Assembly: GCF_024521635.1 (NCBI RefSeq)
Contig: NW_026250462.1
Coordinates: 1 to 52,487 of the forward strand
Source of the DNA: Tricharina praecox
Lineage: Eukaryota
Direction of reading: 5' to 3'
DNA length: 52,487 nucleotides
Shown: positions 23,323 through 38,063 of the stretch, in pieces
How positions within the stretch are numbered: position 1 is the stretch's first letter
Layout: the number at the start of each line of letters is the position of its first letter
The notes under the pieces: generated by a model
What the model saw: the letters and a program-made list of their open reading frames with translations, nothing else
What the model was told of the DNA's origin: nothing
Database searches by the model: none
Program-made: the position numbers and the translations under genes

Positions 23323-25363
23323 GATTGGGCGTAAGTCGTATAACGGAAGTCGTGAATCGGGAGTCGTATATCGGTGGGGTGTGTGAATGGCCGTCTTAGC
23401 AGTGAGGGGTGTGAGGGGAGGCAGAGCGAGCAGACTTATGTGTGAGGAGAAGCAGGCTCCATAGCAACTGCTTGCCGTGTCGATCCAGCCATCGCATATT
23501 CCAACTAACCAACTAATCCGTTCGCGAGTTGTCGTGCAGCCGCCGCACTCTGCAACGATTAACCTCTGATGGACGCTTCTTACTGGCCGGTGATTGCCTG
23601 CACCCCACACCGCACGCCGCGCCATCCCTGGTTCCAAGCGAGCGAGACCCGCTTGGCTCGGGCACTGCATGTCACCGGATACCCGGTGCCAGCCCGCCGG
23701 CGAAAGGGAAGGGGAGCCTTATCTTGGAACAGCCACGTTGTCGAGCATCCCCGCTAACTAGAGCAGATTTCCCACGGCCCATTCGCCGGTTGTCGACGGT
23801 CCAGACCGTAGTCGTCGATCGCGCAGAACTAAACTTGGTCGCGGCGTGGCGAGCCGTGCCGCGAACGGAAGGCTCGAGCCACGATCATTCGAAGCCGTCG
23901 TTAGTACAAGTGATATAAGTGCGCGGGAAGCCGTCGTTCGATATCATACGATACAAGTGCAAGTGCAGCTACAAGTGCACTCGCCTTCGAAGCCGCCCTT
24001 ATGATAGCGGGGAAGAGAATTGACTCCCCTCAGTTCCCTCAGCAATAACCAACAGAAGCTACATACACACCCCCACCAGACTGCCTGCCTCATATGAACA
24101 CTTGCGCATATCAGATGGACATTACAAGACATACCCACATACATCCTGTACCTACAAACCTTAGGATTTTTCCACAGCTCACCCCCACTTTATGCACTCG
24201 GGAGCCGCGCATAACCTAGGGGCCGACTAATGCCAACTACTGGGTTCCCGCGCTAGTAAGTACTTATGCAGCGCGGTTCGGTCGATGGCCGGTGGGGGCC
24301 GCGTTGGCGCATGCGCGTGATGATTGGTCAAGCGGTGATGGATGTAGGTACGGATGTAGTTATCGCGACTCTGGATTGTGGATTGTGGATCTGGGCTAGC
24401 AAACGGAGGGTTGTGGGAATGGGAATCGCTGTAAGCACTAACTACGGGTTGTGCCTGGCATAACTGCGGCTATTTGCCACACATGGCTGTGAACATCGAT
24501 ACCGCCGTACGTTGTCACTCGGTTGCTACCACTGATCGCCTGTTGAAATCAGAGTAATGTAGTCGTGAACCAGTGTATTGATTGAAGTGTAAGATTGTAG
24601 CCCCTTGAGAGACACGGGAATAGGTGGAAATATATGTGCCTTCTACCATAGCCAAGTCACATGGATAGTGCAACAGTGCCGCAGTCCTGCGTTTTTCCGA
24701 GTTGCATCGGGAGAACGGAAGAATGCGCCGCTGGTGACTTATGTGTGGTAGATTGGCCGAGAGTATGCCGATCGTACGGATAGGTACCGGTATACCGGTA
24801 CTTTGGTATGCCCAGGTAGGTATACCGGTAGGTATATAGCCTCTATATCCTTCCCCAGTTTCCCAACACGCTGAGGTACCTTTATATGATCTTCGGTCAC
24901 CAGGCCAAAGTAGGTACTATATTACAATCCCCATTGACCCTCTGCATCGTTTCAGAAACCTCCGGAACGAGAGCGAGAATCCCTGTGCGTTGGTACGGAA
25001 TACTAGCCGCAAGCAAGTAATCGATGATCCGATGATTCGACGACCCAGCCAAACCAAACCAAACCAGACCGAGCCAAGCCCCCTTCCAGCGCAACGAGCT
25101 AACGATCATCGTGAAGGAAACGACGGGACAAAGCTAGGCGTCTTCGGCATCTCATACTACCTAGTAGTACTAGTACTGTAAGCGCCGCCAAGCGCTATGT
25201 GGAGCAGAGTACGGTACCGACGGAACGGAAAGAAGCTGGACTATGTAGATTTCCATTCTACTTTGTCACTGGTGGTCGCTGGGGAGGGGTGATGACTCAT
25301 GATCTGGTTGACTGCTTTTCCATCCATCTACCATCCCACTCTAGCACCTGTCTACACCTCACA

Positions 25364-27090
25364 TCAAACTTGACACAACCTCCCATCCTCCACTTCCCAC
25401 TCCTCGCTCCCCACTCCCTTCGTCGCATAAAACAATCCCGTCGGATCCCACGTATGCTTAACCTGCAGCAGGCGTTCATAGTTCGTCCCATGGAACGCAG
25501 TCTGCCAGTCCGGCTCCGTGAGTGCCGCTTCGGACTCTGTCACCCATTAGCCACCACCCATCACTATTTAAGGGAGGGGGGAGACGCACGATAACATCCC
25601 GCGCCCTTCGTCGCGTCGCGCACGGGCTGAAACACCTCATTCGCCCAGTCCCTCTGCTTTACGACCTGGTGCTCCGTCGAGTTCTCGGGAATGAGGTAGC
25701 CCGCGAGGATATGCATTCCGGCCCTCCTCCAGGCGGGATTGACCGCGTTGCCCTGTTCACCCTCGCTGCCGGGTGGCGGCGAAATGCCAAACACGGCGAA
25801 GTAGTACAGCTCGTCGGTGGCCGCGCGATACGCGTCCATGAACGTATCTAGTGTCGTGGAGTTCGTGAGCACGGCCGTCGGCACCAGCCGCGACACGCTG
25901 CCGGACATTATTCCCGCGACTTCGGTCGGGAAGGAGTTCCGCCAGGCGTCGAGGAAGCGCGGGTACTCCGTCGCGTTGGCGGAGTACGTGATGTTGTGTT
26001 CCCGCAGCGTGGCGTATAGCGGCGCGAGCTCGGTGTAGAGCCCCGCCGCGCTCATGTTCGGCGCCAGCACTGGCGTCGAGGAGAAGCTACCCGGCATGAT
26101 GTTGTTGTAGCTGTACACGCCCAGCGCACCCAGCCGTGGCGTGAGTGCAAAGAACTGCCGTACGGCCGCCCAGAACGCCTCCGTGTCCTCGGTCGCAAAC
26201 TGCAGCGGCATGGTGGTAACCATGCCATCCGCATGCGTCTTAACAACGACCTCGACGACCACGGCAAATACCCCGCCGCCCCCGCCCCTCAGCGCCCAGA
26301 ACAGCTCCCCATTCTCATCCCTTGCGCAGCGCCGCACAACGCCGTCCGCCGTAACCACCGTCATCTCGAGCACCTGGTCCGCAGCCATCCCGTACCTGCT
26401 CGTGAGCGGACTATGTCCTCCACCGGCTACATACCCGCCCGCGAACCCAACACTCGGCTGCTCACCCCCCACCACCACGCGCCCAACCGCCGCCGCTGCT
26501 TCGTATACAGACACGGTACTGACCCCCGCGCCGACACGCACCGCTGGAACCCCGGAGTACGACTCGAACTCGATACTACGCAACCAGTGCGTCCACAGCG
26601 ATAACGCATCCCGCCCCGTGCTCTTGCCGAAGAAGTCATGGCCAGTGTTTTTGACGACGAGGCGCAGGTCGTGGGCGCGCGCGAAGTTCACGCCGGCCTG
26701 CACGTCTGCTACGCTACTGACGTTGAGGACGTAGGCGGGGTAGTAGCCTAGTGTACACTCCCCCTCTGCGCCGGTGGACGGGGTGGATGGGAGGCAGGTC
26801 CGGTTGGTGAACAGTGGGGACATGATGGATGACGGGTGGGATTGGTGGGTCCATGCTGATGACCAGGCGGCTTGGAGGGCGGCGCAGGCGGTGCTGTTGT
26901 AGGAGCCCAGGGGCCCGTGGTGGCAGACGGAGGCGATTGGGATGGTCGAGAGGAGCCGGCCGGAGACGGTGCTGTTGAGGCTGGACCATTGTGCGGTGGT
27001 TGGCCAGGAGGCGTCGGAGGGGGAGGTTTTGCAAGAGGTCGCACTAGCGCCGAGCAACAGGCTCGCGAGGGAGAGGAGGTGCGGGAGCAT
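25364..27090 (-). CDS. Secreted FAD-binding PCMH-type oxidoreductase (berberine-bridge-enzyme-like)
   Basis: Signal peptide MLPHLLSL; VKNTGHDFFGKS; GGGHSPL; LFWALRGGGGG; BBE C-terminal exon WDP. Confidence 0.93.
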
Positions 27091-27498
27091 TGTGTTATGC
27101 TGCTGGTACCGTGGGATTTGGTGGAAGGGAAGACATGTCTTATACCTACCGCACCGCACCGCTTACACTGAGTACCGTACACCTATGGCAGGCAGTGGGA
27201 CGCGTCGCGATATCTCGATGTGGAATGTGGAATGTCAGGCACAAGGCGATTGATGAAGGCACGATGCACGGTGCTAGCGGGTTTCCAATAGCTGGTCGGA
27301 TGCCCGGCTAATCGGGTCGGGGATTGTGTTTCCCGGAGGTTGAGCTTGATCCCGGCGATGTCGAGTGATATATGTGAGGGGGTATCAGAACTCCATTCGT
27401 AAATAACACAAATGTTCACTACCGTACAAGTACACTCCGCATACATATAAAGAAAAAACACCCAACGCCCGTCTCCCACTCCATTAACCCCTCTTGAA

Positions 27499-30125
27499 TC
27501 AAGTATAAATACTCTCCGTAACAGCATTAAACGACAACCCCGGTTCCGCCATCTGCTCATCCTTGAGGAAGTCCAGCGGCATCCAGACGAGGTGACCGCG
27601 GACCTTTGCCATCTGATCCTTGATCTGCTGCGCCGTGTACTTGTCCATGTCCCAGATGTGACCGGCGGGCACCTGGTCGCGCTTCGGACAGAAGCTGTCG
27701 TAGTCTTTCCACGTTTTGACTGTGCACGTGTTAGTGAGAGGTAAGAAGGACAGGGGGAGGGGGGAGGGAGGGAGGGAGCGTACTGCAGTTGTCGGGATCG
27801 ACGTGGAAGAGGTCGTGGTACACTTTCGTGTTATCCGTGGCTTGGGTCGTCCACAGCTCCCACAGCTCATCGGACATGGGGTCCTCGACGACCGGATCTG
27901 CGTCGAGGCGGTTCGCGCCGTCACCTGGGGGCTGGGCGTTGGGATCGTCGCTGCCGTCGAGTAGTTGCGGCTTCAACAGACCGAGGTGCTCCATCCAGAG
28001 GTGTTTTCGCATCGACGAGACGGTGGGACCGTGTTCGACGACGGCGGATAGCTCCGAGTCGTGGTCGCCCTGCTGGCTGCGGTCGTTGATGTTGCTCGAG
28101 CCGACGACCATGACCTCGTCATCCGCGATGAGCACCTTCGCGTGGATGTACAGTTCCTCCTGGAAGAACCCCATCTTCTCGTGCTCCTCGCCGTCGTCCC
28201 ACGGTTCGTCGGCGATATTTGCCGTGCCCGCCATGGCGTCCTCGGCGACCGTATCCTTCGCCGGCGCATTCCCCTCGCCGGCCTGGACCTTCTTCCGTTT
28301 ATCCGCCGCCTCCTCCTCGTCGGACGAGCTCTCGGAGTCGTCGTGGCCCACCAGCATTGCCGGCGTGTGCGAGAGGATGTCGGGCCTGCCCTTGGTGCCC
28401 GCCACCTGCTCCGTATGCCCCGCCGTGGCGTCGTTGTACGTGACGCCCGTCTCCTTCTCACGCTTGCGCAGGCCCTCGGTGGTGTGCAGCCTGTCGTACG
28501 TGCGCAGGTTGAACACGAAGATGTACTTTGTCGGGTCGATGCCCTGGGCCTCGAGCTGGCCGTAGATGGAGTGTTCGCCGCGGTTGATGGACTTGTACTG
28601 ATAATCGATGATTGCTCTCGTGCCCAGCGCCGAGTCCTCCCTCAGATCGCCCGGGAAGCCGGGGATGGCCGGGATCAGGATGATGATGCGGAACTTCCTG
28701 TCCTCCTTGTGCGCACGCACGATCGCGTTTACGATGGCCCTTCCGATCTGGTTGTGCACGGGCTTCTGCTGGTCGCCCGTGGCGGTGATGAAGAACTGGT
28801 TCTCGATGTAGACGAAGTGCTGCGCGTTCTCGATGATGGACTTGTATGCCGTCTGGATGCTGTCGTCTTTGGGGAGGATGCCGTGCGACCAGTCCGCCGA
28901 CGAGCGCACGAGCTGCACCTTGCATGGCCCCCGGTTCTCGAGTGGGTACGAGCCCGCTTCGTGCAGCGGGTGCTGGATGTAGCCACCGAGCGGGAAGGAC
29001 GGGCGCTGCACGCCGGCTAGGCCGTCGGGGATCCCGCGGAGCTGCAGCCATGGCCGCCGAGTGTTGCGTTTGTACTTGTCGCGCTTCAGGAAATTCCACC
29101 GCTGTTGTCCTAAATTGTCAGCCATGACCACGACCATGATGATCCCGCGACCCGGAACCACCCCACGCGCGGAGACGTACCCCGACGAAATGATCCGCAA
29201 TACTCATCACGGCCGGCCCGACGATGCCCAAGCCGACATCGTGCCACGGCATGCGGCCATACTTTGTCTTGTCGAGCTGATTCGCCTTCCACTCCTGGAC
29301 GTTCTGAAAGTCCATGATGCGATTATTGTTAAAGTCCTGGCCGGGCCAGACCTGATCAGTGACGTCCTCTGGATGAGTGTCTGCGAGCGGGTGCTGATGC
29401 ATATCCCAACGGCCGAAGCAGAGATCCAAGCCGCCGATGAAGGCGACCTTGTGGTCGACGACGACGAACTTCTCGTGGTGCGCCCAGAAGAACGTGGGAT
29501 CCGCGCCGTGCAGGAACGGATCGTGGTCGGGGTGGCGGACCACAACGATATTCCCGTGGCCCTTGGTGCCATGCGGACACAGACTCTCGAGCGCCTTCTT
29601 CGTGTGCGCGCTGTTGCACGTGAGCGAGTAGGTGATCTCCTTGTAGACGGATACATAAATCTTGACGCCCTGCTCTGCCTTCCGCTTCAGCAGGCGGTCC
29701 AAGCGCCACTCGCTCTGCTCCGCCGGCGGCCTGCGCAGGAACAGCTCCGGCGACAGCCACCAGTCCTCGATGTAGACGCACTCTGTCGCGCGCTCGAGGG
29801 CGACGCTGACCGCCCAGAAGTAGTCGCGGCCGTCGACGTACCACTTGACGTCGTTCCCCTGGGTCTCGGGCGCAAACGACTTGTAGCGGTGCGAGTTTGC
29901 GATCTCCTCGCGCCGCCGGTCGATCGCTTGCTCGTGTGGCTCGTCGTGTCGGTGGTTCGGGTTGAAGATGTTCGCGAGCTTCCCCCAGGAGTTCTTTGCG
30001 TGCACGAGCTTGACTTTCACCGCGAAGAGGTGCGGGTGTTTGCTGTGACCGTCGTGGCCGGAGAAGTGCCCGTGCGCGAGCGAGGAGTCAGCCGCGCCGA
30101 AGCGCTCTTCTTTGTCGGCGGACAT
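27499..30125 (-). CDS. Phospholipase D (two HKD motifs, no PX/PH domain)
   Basis: HHEKFVVVD and HAKVLIAD...GSSNIND; YIEDWWLSPE; PWHD; YIENQFF; two introns. Confidence 0.96.
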
Positions 30126-31207
30126 GGAGGGATGGGGTGGGTGCGAATTGAGTTGCTGTCGCTGCCGACGAGGGGAAGGGGGAGAGGAACCAAGATATGT
30201 GCACGTCGTCGTCGGCAGGAGGCTGGGGAATTGACAGCCCCTAATTTACTCTTGCTGGTTGTGATTGAACGGCAAGGGGGAGACGCAATGACATCATCGG
30301 TGGGCAGCACAAGCTTTCAAGAACCCTGGGAGAGCACTGCATGCTTTGCCTACTTTGGTGCTTCGGTACGGGGGTCAGTGACGATCTGCCGAGACAACCG
30401 GAGATGGAAGGCGACTTGAAAGAGCGGTGGTGATCGGCGAATACGTATGCCTCTAGTGACTGCTCTAGAGTAGCCCACGGAGGTCCTCACGATGGGCGCG
30501 GGGAGGAGGAGTTTAGCCAACCATGCATGGAGGATCACTCGGCTTGGGAGCTTGGAACTTGCGTATGCATGTGCGTGCGCCCAGCCTTCCCCAGACCCGA
30601 GCTTCCAAGTTCCCCGCCGTCGTACCCACGGTTAAACAAAAACACAAAAAACAAAAAACGATAGCAGCTTCCCCGCCGTCGCACAGAGTCGCAGCCACCG
30701 TCAGAATCCCACCATGTGCATCCCGAATCGACAGCTGCAGTGTAACCGCCGTTGGCAATAGTAAATACCAGTAATGGTCCGGCATCTCCATCCAGCTTCC
30801 AGTGTGCAGTGTGCAGATTCCTGTGTCAGTGTCAACCCCACCTGCACGCCTCCATCCAGCCTCAACGCTCTCGCTCTCGTGGTCCGATAATCGAAGGTGC
30901 TGTGTGAGAGTACTCAACCCTCGTCGCGTGCCCCACGTTGCCGAATCGTCGATTCGTGGGGTCGCTCTAGATACCACTCCACTTGCTATACACGCTCACT
31001 CCACTCTACTTTCCCATAGCCATATCTAACGGGAAGTTCGCTAACAGCACTCCAGCACCCCACTGCACTCCACTCTACCATAGTTGCCCAAGCACTCTAC
31101 CGTACTTACCTTAAGTGCTAATACCGATACCCCACCGCCCGTTGTGCCGTTGTGCCATTATGCCATTCCCTCTCGTGACGCCCAACGGCCAATCAACCCA
31201 CAACGTG

Positions 31208-31295
<88 letters not shown>

Positions 31296-31298
31296 TGT
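31208..31298. repeat. Compound (CT)n(GT)n microsatellite
   Basis: Direct reading. Confidence 0.95.
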
Positions 31299-31584
31299 GA
31301 TAATGTTTTTCTTGTTTGTTTGTTATCTACCTGCCTGCCTGCCTGCCTGCCTCCTGCTCGCGTGAAAGCTCCATCCGTCCAGAGAGTAGAGTAAAGGGAC
31401 ATCCAAGGAATGAAGGAAAGGTGGCCGAATGGCTCAGCCAGACAAAATCACCCCCTCGTCGCGATCGTTGTCCGGGGAAGGGAGCTCCCCCCACATGCCC
31501 CGCCCGCTCGCCCCACATGCAAAAGAGAAACACCAGTGTTGGTCTCCTCAAAATGAAAGACTGGCGATATTTCGCCAGAGGGAA

Positions 31585-31644
31585 GAAAAGAAAAGAAAAG
31601 AAAAGAAAAAGAAAAGAAAAGAAAAGAAAAGAAAAGAAGAAAAG
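31585..31644. repeat. (GAAAA)n microsatellite
   Basis: Direct reading. Confidence 0.95.
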
Positions 31645-31798
31645 AACACACACGGGATAAATCAGCGACACCCGAACCAGCGCCCGACAGAAGGGAAAGA
31701 GAAGGACAAAAAAGCCGACATTTCGGAAAGCAACAAAACTCCCTTTGTAGCATAGATAAACCAAAAAGAAAGGGCGGAAGGACAAACCACAATCCCGC

Positions 31799-32416
31799 CT
31801 ACCCGAGGCGACCATAGAACCCCCAGCGACTCGCCTTCCCCTTCCCCTTCTTGCCCTTCCCGTTCGCACTCCCACTCCCCTTCTCATGCCTCGCCTTAAA
31901 CGCCTTCCAGCTAACCTGCCGATGCTCCCAATCACTCATCTGGGCCGTAAAGAAATCCCAGCTCCTGCTCTCCATCCTTAGCGCATCCTCAAAGCCCACG
32001 GCATCCCCCTCCTCCTCAAGCATAGCATCCAGCCTCGCCCGACTCGCGCCTGCCGCCGACCCCTGCCCCATCCCCATCCGCAGGGCGCGCCGCACCGCAT
32101 CCGCCTCGATTCCCGCCTGCGCCTCTTCCTGCGCCCGCCGCGCCCGCCGCGCAGCTACGTTCAGGTACGCGCGCGACTGCGATTGGTTGGAGAGAGACGG
32201 CCACGACGCCACGTTGTAGGCGTGGTGCGCTGGGATCAGCTCTGGCGTGCTGCTCATGTGCGCCGGGATCAGGGAGGTGTAGGTTCGTGGGGAGTAGGTG
32301 GGTGGGAGGGAGGAGGTGTAGGAGGGTGCGGCGCTGCGGAGGGAGACGAGGTCTGTGTCTCGGTCGAGGTACGACGGTGGGGCGTGCTCGGGGTGGTGGG
32401 GGTGGAAGGTCGTCAT
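31799..32416 (-). CDS. Hypothetical fungal protein (205 aa)
   Basis: DLVSLRSAAPSY.S..P.Y start and E.RSWDFF.AQM.DW.HR..SW..F block; TATA-like AAATATATA upstream. Confidence 0.8.
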   Translation of the reverse strand: MTTFHPHHPEHAPPSYLDRDTDLVSLRSAAPSYTSSLPPTYSPRTYTSLIPAHMSSTPELIPAHHAYNVASWPSLSNQSQSRAYLNVAARRARRAQEEAQAGIEADAVRRALRMGMGQGSAAGASRARLDAMLEEEGDAVGFEDALRMESRSWDFFTAQMSDWEHRQVSWKAFKARHEKGSGSANGKGKKGKGKASRWGFYGRLG

Positions 32417-35400
32417 CGTGAAGGTGGCCGTTGGGCCGTGGTTGTGGGGTTGTGGTGTGTCGTTGTCGTTAGGGCGTGGTTGTGGGGTTGTGTTGTGTCG
32501 TTGTCGTTAGGGCGTTGTAGTGTGTCGTTATTGGAGTTCGTGAATCGTGCAGCGGTCAGGCGTGAATGGGGCAGACAAGAGGCGGGGCGGGGGGGGGGGA
32601 GAGGGTGGATATATATTTTTGCTTGGAGGGGGTTACGATGTGGGTCGTGTGCCGAGCCAAGAGCCAAGAGCGAGCTTTGCAAAGCCCGTGCGGCGTGCGC
32701 GGATAGTTACTCTATGTATGTGCAGTCCGCCAGCTAAGCTGCCATTCTCTGCTAGCTAACCTAGCTAGCTAGCTATTCTAGTGAGCTTCCTTCCTATGTG
32801 ACCCTATGTAACCCACGCCAAATCCATGGAGCGGATGGGATGTCGAGCATAGCAGGCAGGCGCAGGCAACGCAACGTAACCTAGGGTAGAGCAAGGTAAG
32901 GTACTCTACTTCGGTGCGTCTTCTGTTACTCTGCCCCTCATACCTGCCTCGTTACTGGCAGAATAGCATTGAATGGTGTGAACCCTTGCGGCGTCGGCGG
33001 CGGGTGAGTGGGGAATGATGTGTGCGTGAGTGCGTGAGTGCGTGAGGTGTGTGTGTGCGTGCAGATAGATGCAGGCTTATGGGCTTCCTTCTTTCGTTGG
33101 TTGGTTGGTTGGTTGGTCCTCGACTGTCGCCATCGCCGCGGGAAAAAAGGGACGGTCTCGGGTGCACAGCACAGGACAAGTGGCGGGATGCCAATCGCGA
33201 AGACTGGAGAGTGATGAGCGGAGAGTGTGCGCTGTCCCGTGTCTGTGCTTCTCGCCATCCACCACTGACCAGTCGTAGGTTAACAAGGTGCACTCCGGCA
33301 CTCCATTGCAGCACAAGCACAAGCACAAGCACCGTTCACTTGCGAGGTGCCGGTATGTATCGACGGCTGCAACCGACCGCCCGTCGCTCGCTCGCTCCTC
33401 GCTCCGGGCGCGATAGCCGATAACCAGTAGCATAGACAGCATTCCTTTTTTTCTATTCCTTTCCAACCTTCTTTTCTTTTCTCTCTTTTTCTTTGTCCCG
33501 ACGGAAAGCTCCCGCATCCTCGTCGGCTCCGCCCTCCTCCGCGGCTTCCTCCTCTTAAAGTTGAGGCTTCGTAGCTTCCCCGCTCCTTGGCGGATGATAG
33601 CACGTGCATGTGCCAAGGCCGATGCAAAGGCCAAGACCACATACCGCCGTTCGGCGTTCACGGCATCACGGCGTCACTTTGCACCCTGTAGGTGGTGACT
33701 GGGAAGTAATGACATGTCTCTTGGAACCCAGTGTTCTAACTTTATCCCTTTGCTTCCACGGACGTGTGAACTGTGCTTAGAGCAGGTATAAACAACCGAC
33801 GAGCTCGCGTGCATCTTCCTCTTTTTAAAACTTCTTTTAAGCTTTGCCAGCCTGAACTTCGAAGCCCACAGCCCGAGGACTTCCGGCCGCCGGGAGTACT
33901 TGCTTTGTTCGCTTGCAGTGCAGTGGTGGTGGTGGTGAGCATCGCGCTTGCGACTACAGTCTACAGTCTGCAGCAACTAGGCTCTGCTAGCTGCCTGCAC
34001 CAGAATAGTTGATGACTTGCATCTTCGATTTTCTATTTAGGCCTCAGGGAAGGTTTTCAGGAACAGCTTGCTGTGATCAACTCTACATACTCCACTCTAC
34101 ATAGGTAGTAATCCAAAGCTTTGCATGGGCAAGAGAGGCAAGTGGGGCAAGTGGGGCTCCCTTGAGATCCCAAATAACCACAGCCACGGCCCACCACCGA
34201 TGCGAATAAAGCCCAGAGCATCGATCGATAGGATAGATCCCCACTTAGTACCGTACCGTACCGTAGATAGCCCGCACTCCACCGGGCACCCCCTCCCCCT
34301 CACCCCAAAAAAGAAGAAGAAAAAAAGCGGGGGTTCCTGACTTCCTGTGCCTGATTGACACCCTACATACGTTGGTTCCACCTTAGTTTCCACCTGAGTT
34401 TCCACGAATTGGAACGGAGCGCCGGAGCGACGGGCGTCGGGCGGCGGGCGGGCGGCGATCTCGGCAGGAGGGATGAAAGGAAAAACATGGGCCCGGTATC
34501 TGTCTAAATTCTACCTAGATGTGTTGAAGGCCTGGCCTGCGGGCTGGACTGTGGGCTGTGGGCTATGGGTTGTGGCTCGTGGTTAACTCTATTTGAACGC
34601 CCACTGGCTCCCACCGAGCGCTTGTCGAAGGAAACCTCTGGAAGGCTGGCGCCGGGGGTATGATAGGAATGATAGGAATGATAGGAATGATAGGTATCGT
34701 CCAAGCCAGCTCTCTCCTAAGCCCGGGAGTATGATATCGCCCAAGACAGCTCTCTCTATCTCTCTCTCCTCAGTAAGCTCGGCAGTGGGCTGTGAGGCTG
34801 AAGCTGCGGATGCGAGTATTATGTAGAGTACATAGTCAGCGGAATTGAGTAGAGTAAGGTGAGAGTGGGTGCCAATTATTTCCGTCCCAAAGCGGTAGGT
34901 GGAGACTACCGGTAAGAGTCATCCAAGAAATCCATGTGTCTGGGCTCGAGTATACTTACTAGGATGGGGTCTTGGTTGTCGATGATAGTGCTGCTGATGA
35001 AGATTGTGATGATGATGTCGATATGTGATCCGTCATACATACATAAGTAGCATCTGGGCGCGAGCGCGGCGGTTGTCTGAACTGCTAGTATGTTTGTTCC
35101 GTCCATCCGTCCAAGCCGAATGATATGTATGTTTCCAGCGCCCGGCCGGTTTACCGTTTCTTGGGATAAGTGCGTTGGTAAGTAGCAGACTCGGCATGAC
35201 GTTACCGGATCACGTATGTAGAAACCAGGAACTCTCGAGTCTCACTGGAGCATGCGCATCGCCGAGACATCCTACTTAGGACTTCCCGCCGTGACCGGGA
35301 TCGGGATCGGGAACGGCATCGCTAATACGGTAACTCTCCCCCGCCCTCGCTCGTTGGCTCGATAAAGTGGACGATTCACGTTTTCGGTTGTCGCGGATTG

Positions 35401-38063
35401 TGGATAGATGCGGAATATCGGCCGGCAGACTCCGGTGGGCTTTTCGGACTGTCGTAGGTAGGTCAGTGAAAGGTACCCGCGAGATTGGGGTGGTGGGTGT
35501 GAACGAAGAGAGGAAGAAGGAGGAAGAAGGAGTGGAAAACAAAAAAACAGAAAAAGGGGGAGAAGGGGAGGAAGGTATACAGACAATCCGACATAGACAA
35601 TCCGACATCTAACCAATCGCCCCAGGTCCGTCGTGGTGCAACACTGCTACTCTACATGCCCTCAAATTTCAACAGCTGAATGTTCACCACCAATCAATCG
35701 GAAGCACTCACTGAAATCTGCACAGCCACAATCGCGCCTGCGCATTCCCGTCGCCATAGCACTCGATACGGAGACATGGGGCCCATGTGTCGAGATTGTA
35801 GAGACAGCCGCCCGCCTGGTTCGAATGATGTTGATGTTGTATCTGTGTGCCTTCCGATAACTCCTCCAGAGCGACACCGACGCGGAAAGGTCTCAAGGCA
35901 CCAATGTCGGCGCATCCTCCGTCAACGTCTCTGCACACTCGTATCGGTCGCTATCGCAATGGCGGTCAGCCGACAACTTCATACGGTAATATACGCAATG
36001 CCGTATCGCGATGATGGGGCGGGGAGAGGTCCACCTACTTCTCAATCCACCTTGGGGTACATACAATATCAACACATGCGCTCTCCCGGGACCGCCACGG
36101 TTACCGTCGGCGAGGAAGTCCGTCTGCGAGCCTTGAACCCAATCGACGGGGCGGTGGTAGAAAGGCTGTAGATTTCGTGTCGCACGTCTGTCTACCGTAT
36201 CCCCACGTGATCGGTGAGCGTTGGGGCTGCAACTCTTTCTCGTGAGGTCTTCGTGAGATTCTCGTGAGGGTAAGCAGCTGAACGGCGGGGAAAGAAGCCG
36301 TCAGCCTTGGAACATGGATGGGTAGATTGGGTATGCATGCATGCATGCATGCATTGGCCCGATGCTCAGCCTCGTCCTCCTCCGCGGGCGTCTGCTCACT
36401 CGAATGACCCTGTGGAGGCCTGGATGTCGTAATGTTGCCTGACGGGGCGACCCCATGAACCAAAAACCATGCGCTTCGTCGGGCCGGCCTGCGTGAATAC
36501 CCCGCGTTATCTCACTTCAGCCGCTGAGCGCTCGCACAGTTATCAGTCGCACTCTTGTCGTGTCGACTCGAGTGACGGATGTTGAGTCGCCATCCTGTAT
36601 GTACTCCCATCGCCAACAGCCTCGCCGTATCCAATTCGGCGCACCCCGGCGCACTGCAGGGCGGCAGAAAAAGATGGGGTACAGTGAGAGTTCGCTATCA
36701 AGTCTGGATAGGCTGCGCGCGAAATAAATTGACGTTCTCTCTCTTTCTCTCCAACAATCCGGCGCACCCCCGCGATCGCCCTCCGCCCCAGACCCAGAGT
36801 GCGCACAAGCGCGTGTTGTACAGTAGAGTCTGTAGGAATGGCTGGGAGTGAGATGATCGTCAGCCGTGATTCCCGCGTAACACCAGCGCCGCCGTCGCCG
36901 TCGATCTCACGGTGGACGGGTTCGGTGAATACTGGGGGAGCTCGAGTGGAAAGACTCCGCGGAGCAATCCGAAGGAACAAAGTTGACCCCAGCAAACAAA
37001 ACATTGCTAGGTGGTTGTACTAACCACAATGGAGTCGCTATGACGTCGAGCGAGCACGCGGTCACCTGTGTGCCGAGCCGTTGGTTTCGCCGAGCACGTT
37101 CGCCGAGTCCTTGCTTGCGCCGAGCCCGTGGTAATATCCCGCTCATCCGGACGATGCCGACCCGCAGCCCCGCAGCGCGGAACTCCCAACGGCACGTTGC
37201 TGCCGTGGGAGAGGCATCGTCGTCAGCAGCGAATAGTGGTATTGGTTACCCCTCATATGTGCTCGTCCGCGGGTGAGGCATCATCTTGTAGTTAGTAGTA
37301 GTAGTAGTAGATACCCCTCATCTGCGAGCGCAAGATCAGTATTGTATTTCCATCCCTCACGCCCTTTCGACTTCGTCGCCATTAATACTCCTCTATTTTT
37401 GCTCGATCGTACGATGCCTCTATTTCCATTTCCAGTCCCATTTCCCTTTCCGCTCGCCGCCGATATGAGGCACCGACGATACCCGCGAGGGATTTGTCGT
37501 CTCACTGGTTGACTGCTTGTGAGTTCTGCAAGTGCAAAGTGAGCTCTCACATGTGTCTCACCCACCCCGACGAACGTTTGTGAACATTATCGTCATCACC
37601 GCGACTAGCGTCCCCAAAGCTTTCCAGAAGCTTTCCCCGGATGGCGGTCGAGCAGGGGTGTAACCAATCAGCGCACCGTATGCACACGGTGAGCCTTACT
37701 CGCTAGTTCTAGTTCCTCTACTCTAGTCGTCTTTTTGATCGGGCGCAGCGCCCAGGATGTTGGCGGGGTGCGAGAAGCCCCCTCGTCTTGGAGGACGCGA
37801 GGGCCAATAGCCACCGACGGAACGGCGGTATGCCTTGGACCCGAATGACTCGGCAAAGTGGTGGGGACCGCACAAAGAATAGCGAGACGCAGATGGACGG
37901 GGGGTACATATAACGCCGCCGCTCCTCCCGCTGTCTGCTGAGGTCCGTCTACATACCAGAACCTGACACCGACGACACCCCAACACCTAAGGTATACCAA
38001 CGCGCCGAACACACACCAGATCAAAGACAGAGAGAGGGAGAACAACAAGATATCCTGTAATAG

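Noticed and set aside
15121..30125. Secondary-metabolite or lipid gene cluster
   Set aside because: No PKS/NRPS/terpene backbone or regulator; genes widely spaced and unrelated
27789..30419. Long plus-strand ORFs (258, 319, 452 aa) over the PLD gene
   Set aside because: Antisense shadows caused by high GC3 codon bias
31084..31935. ORFs with SL/KKRKE repeats
   Set aside because: Translations of microsatellites
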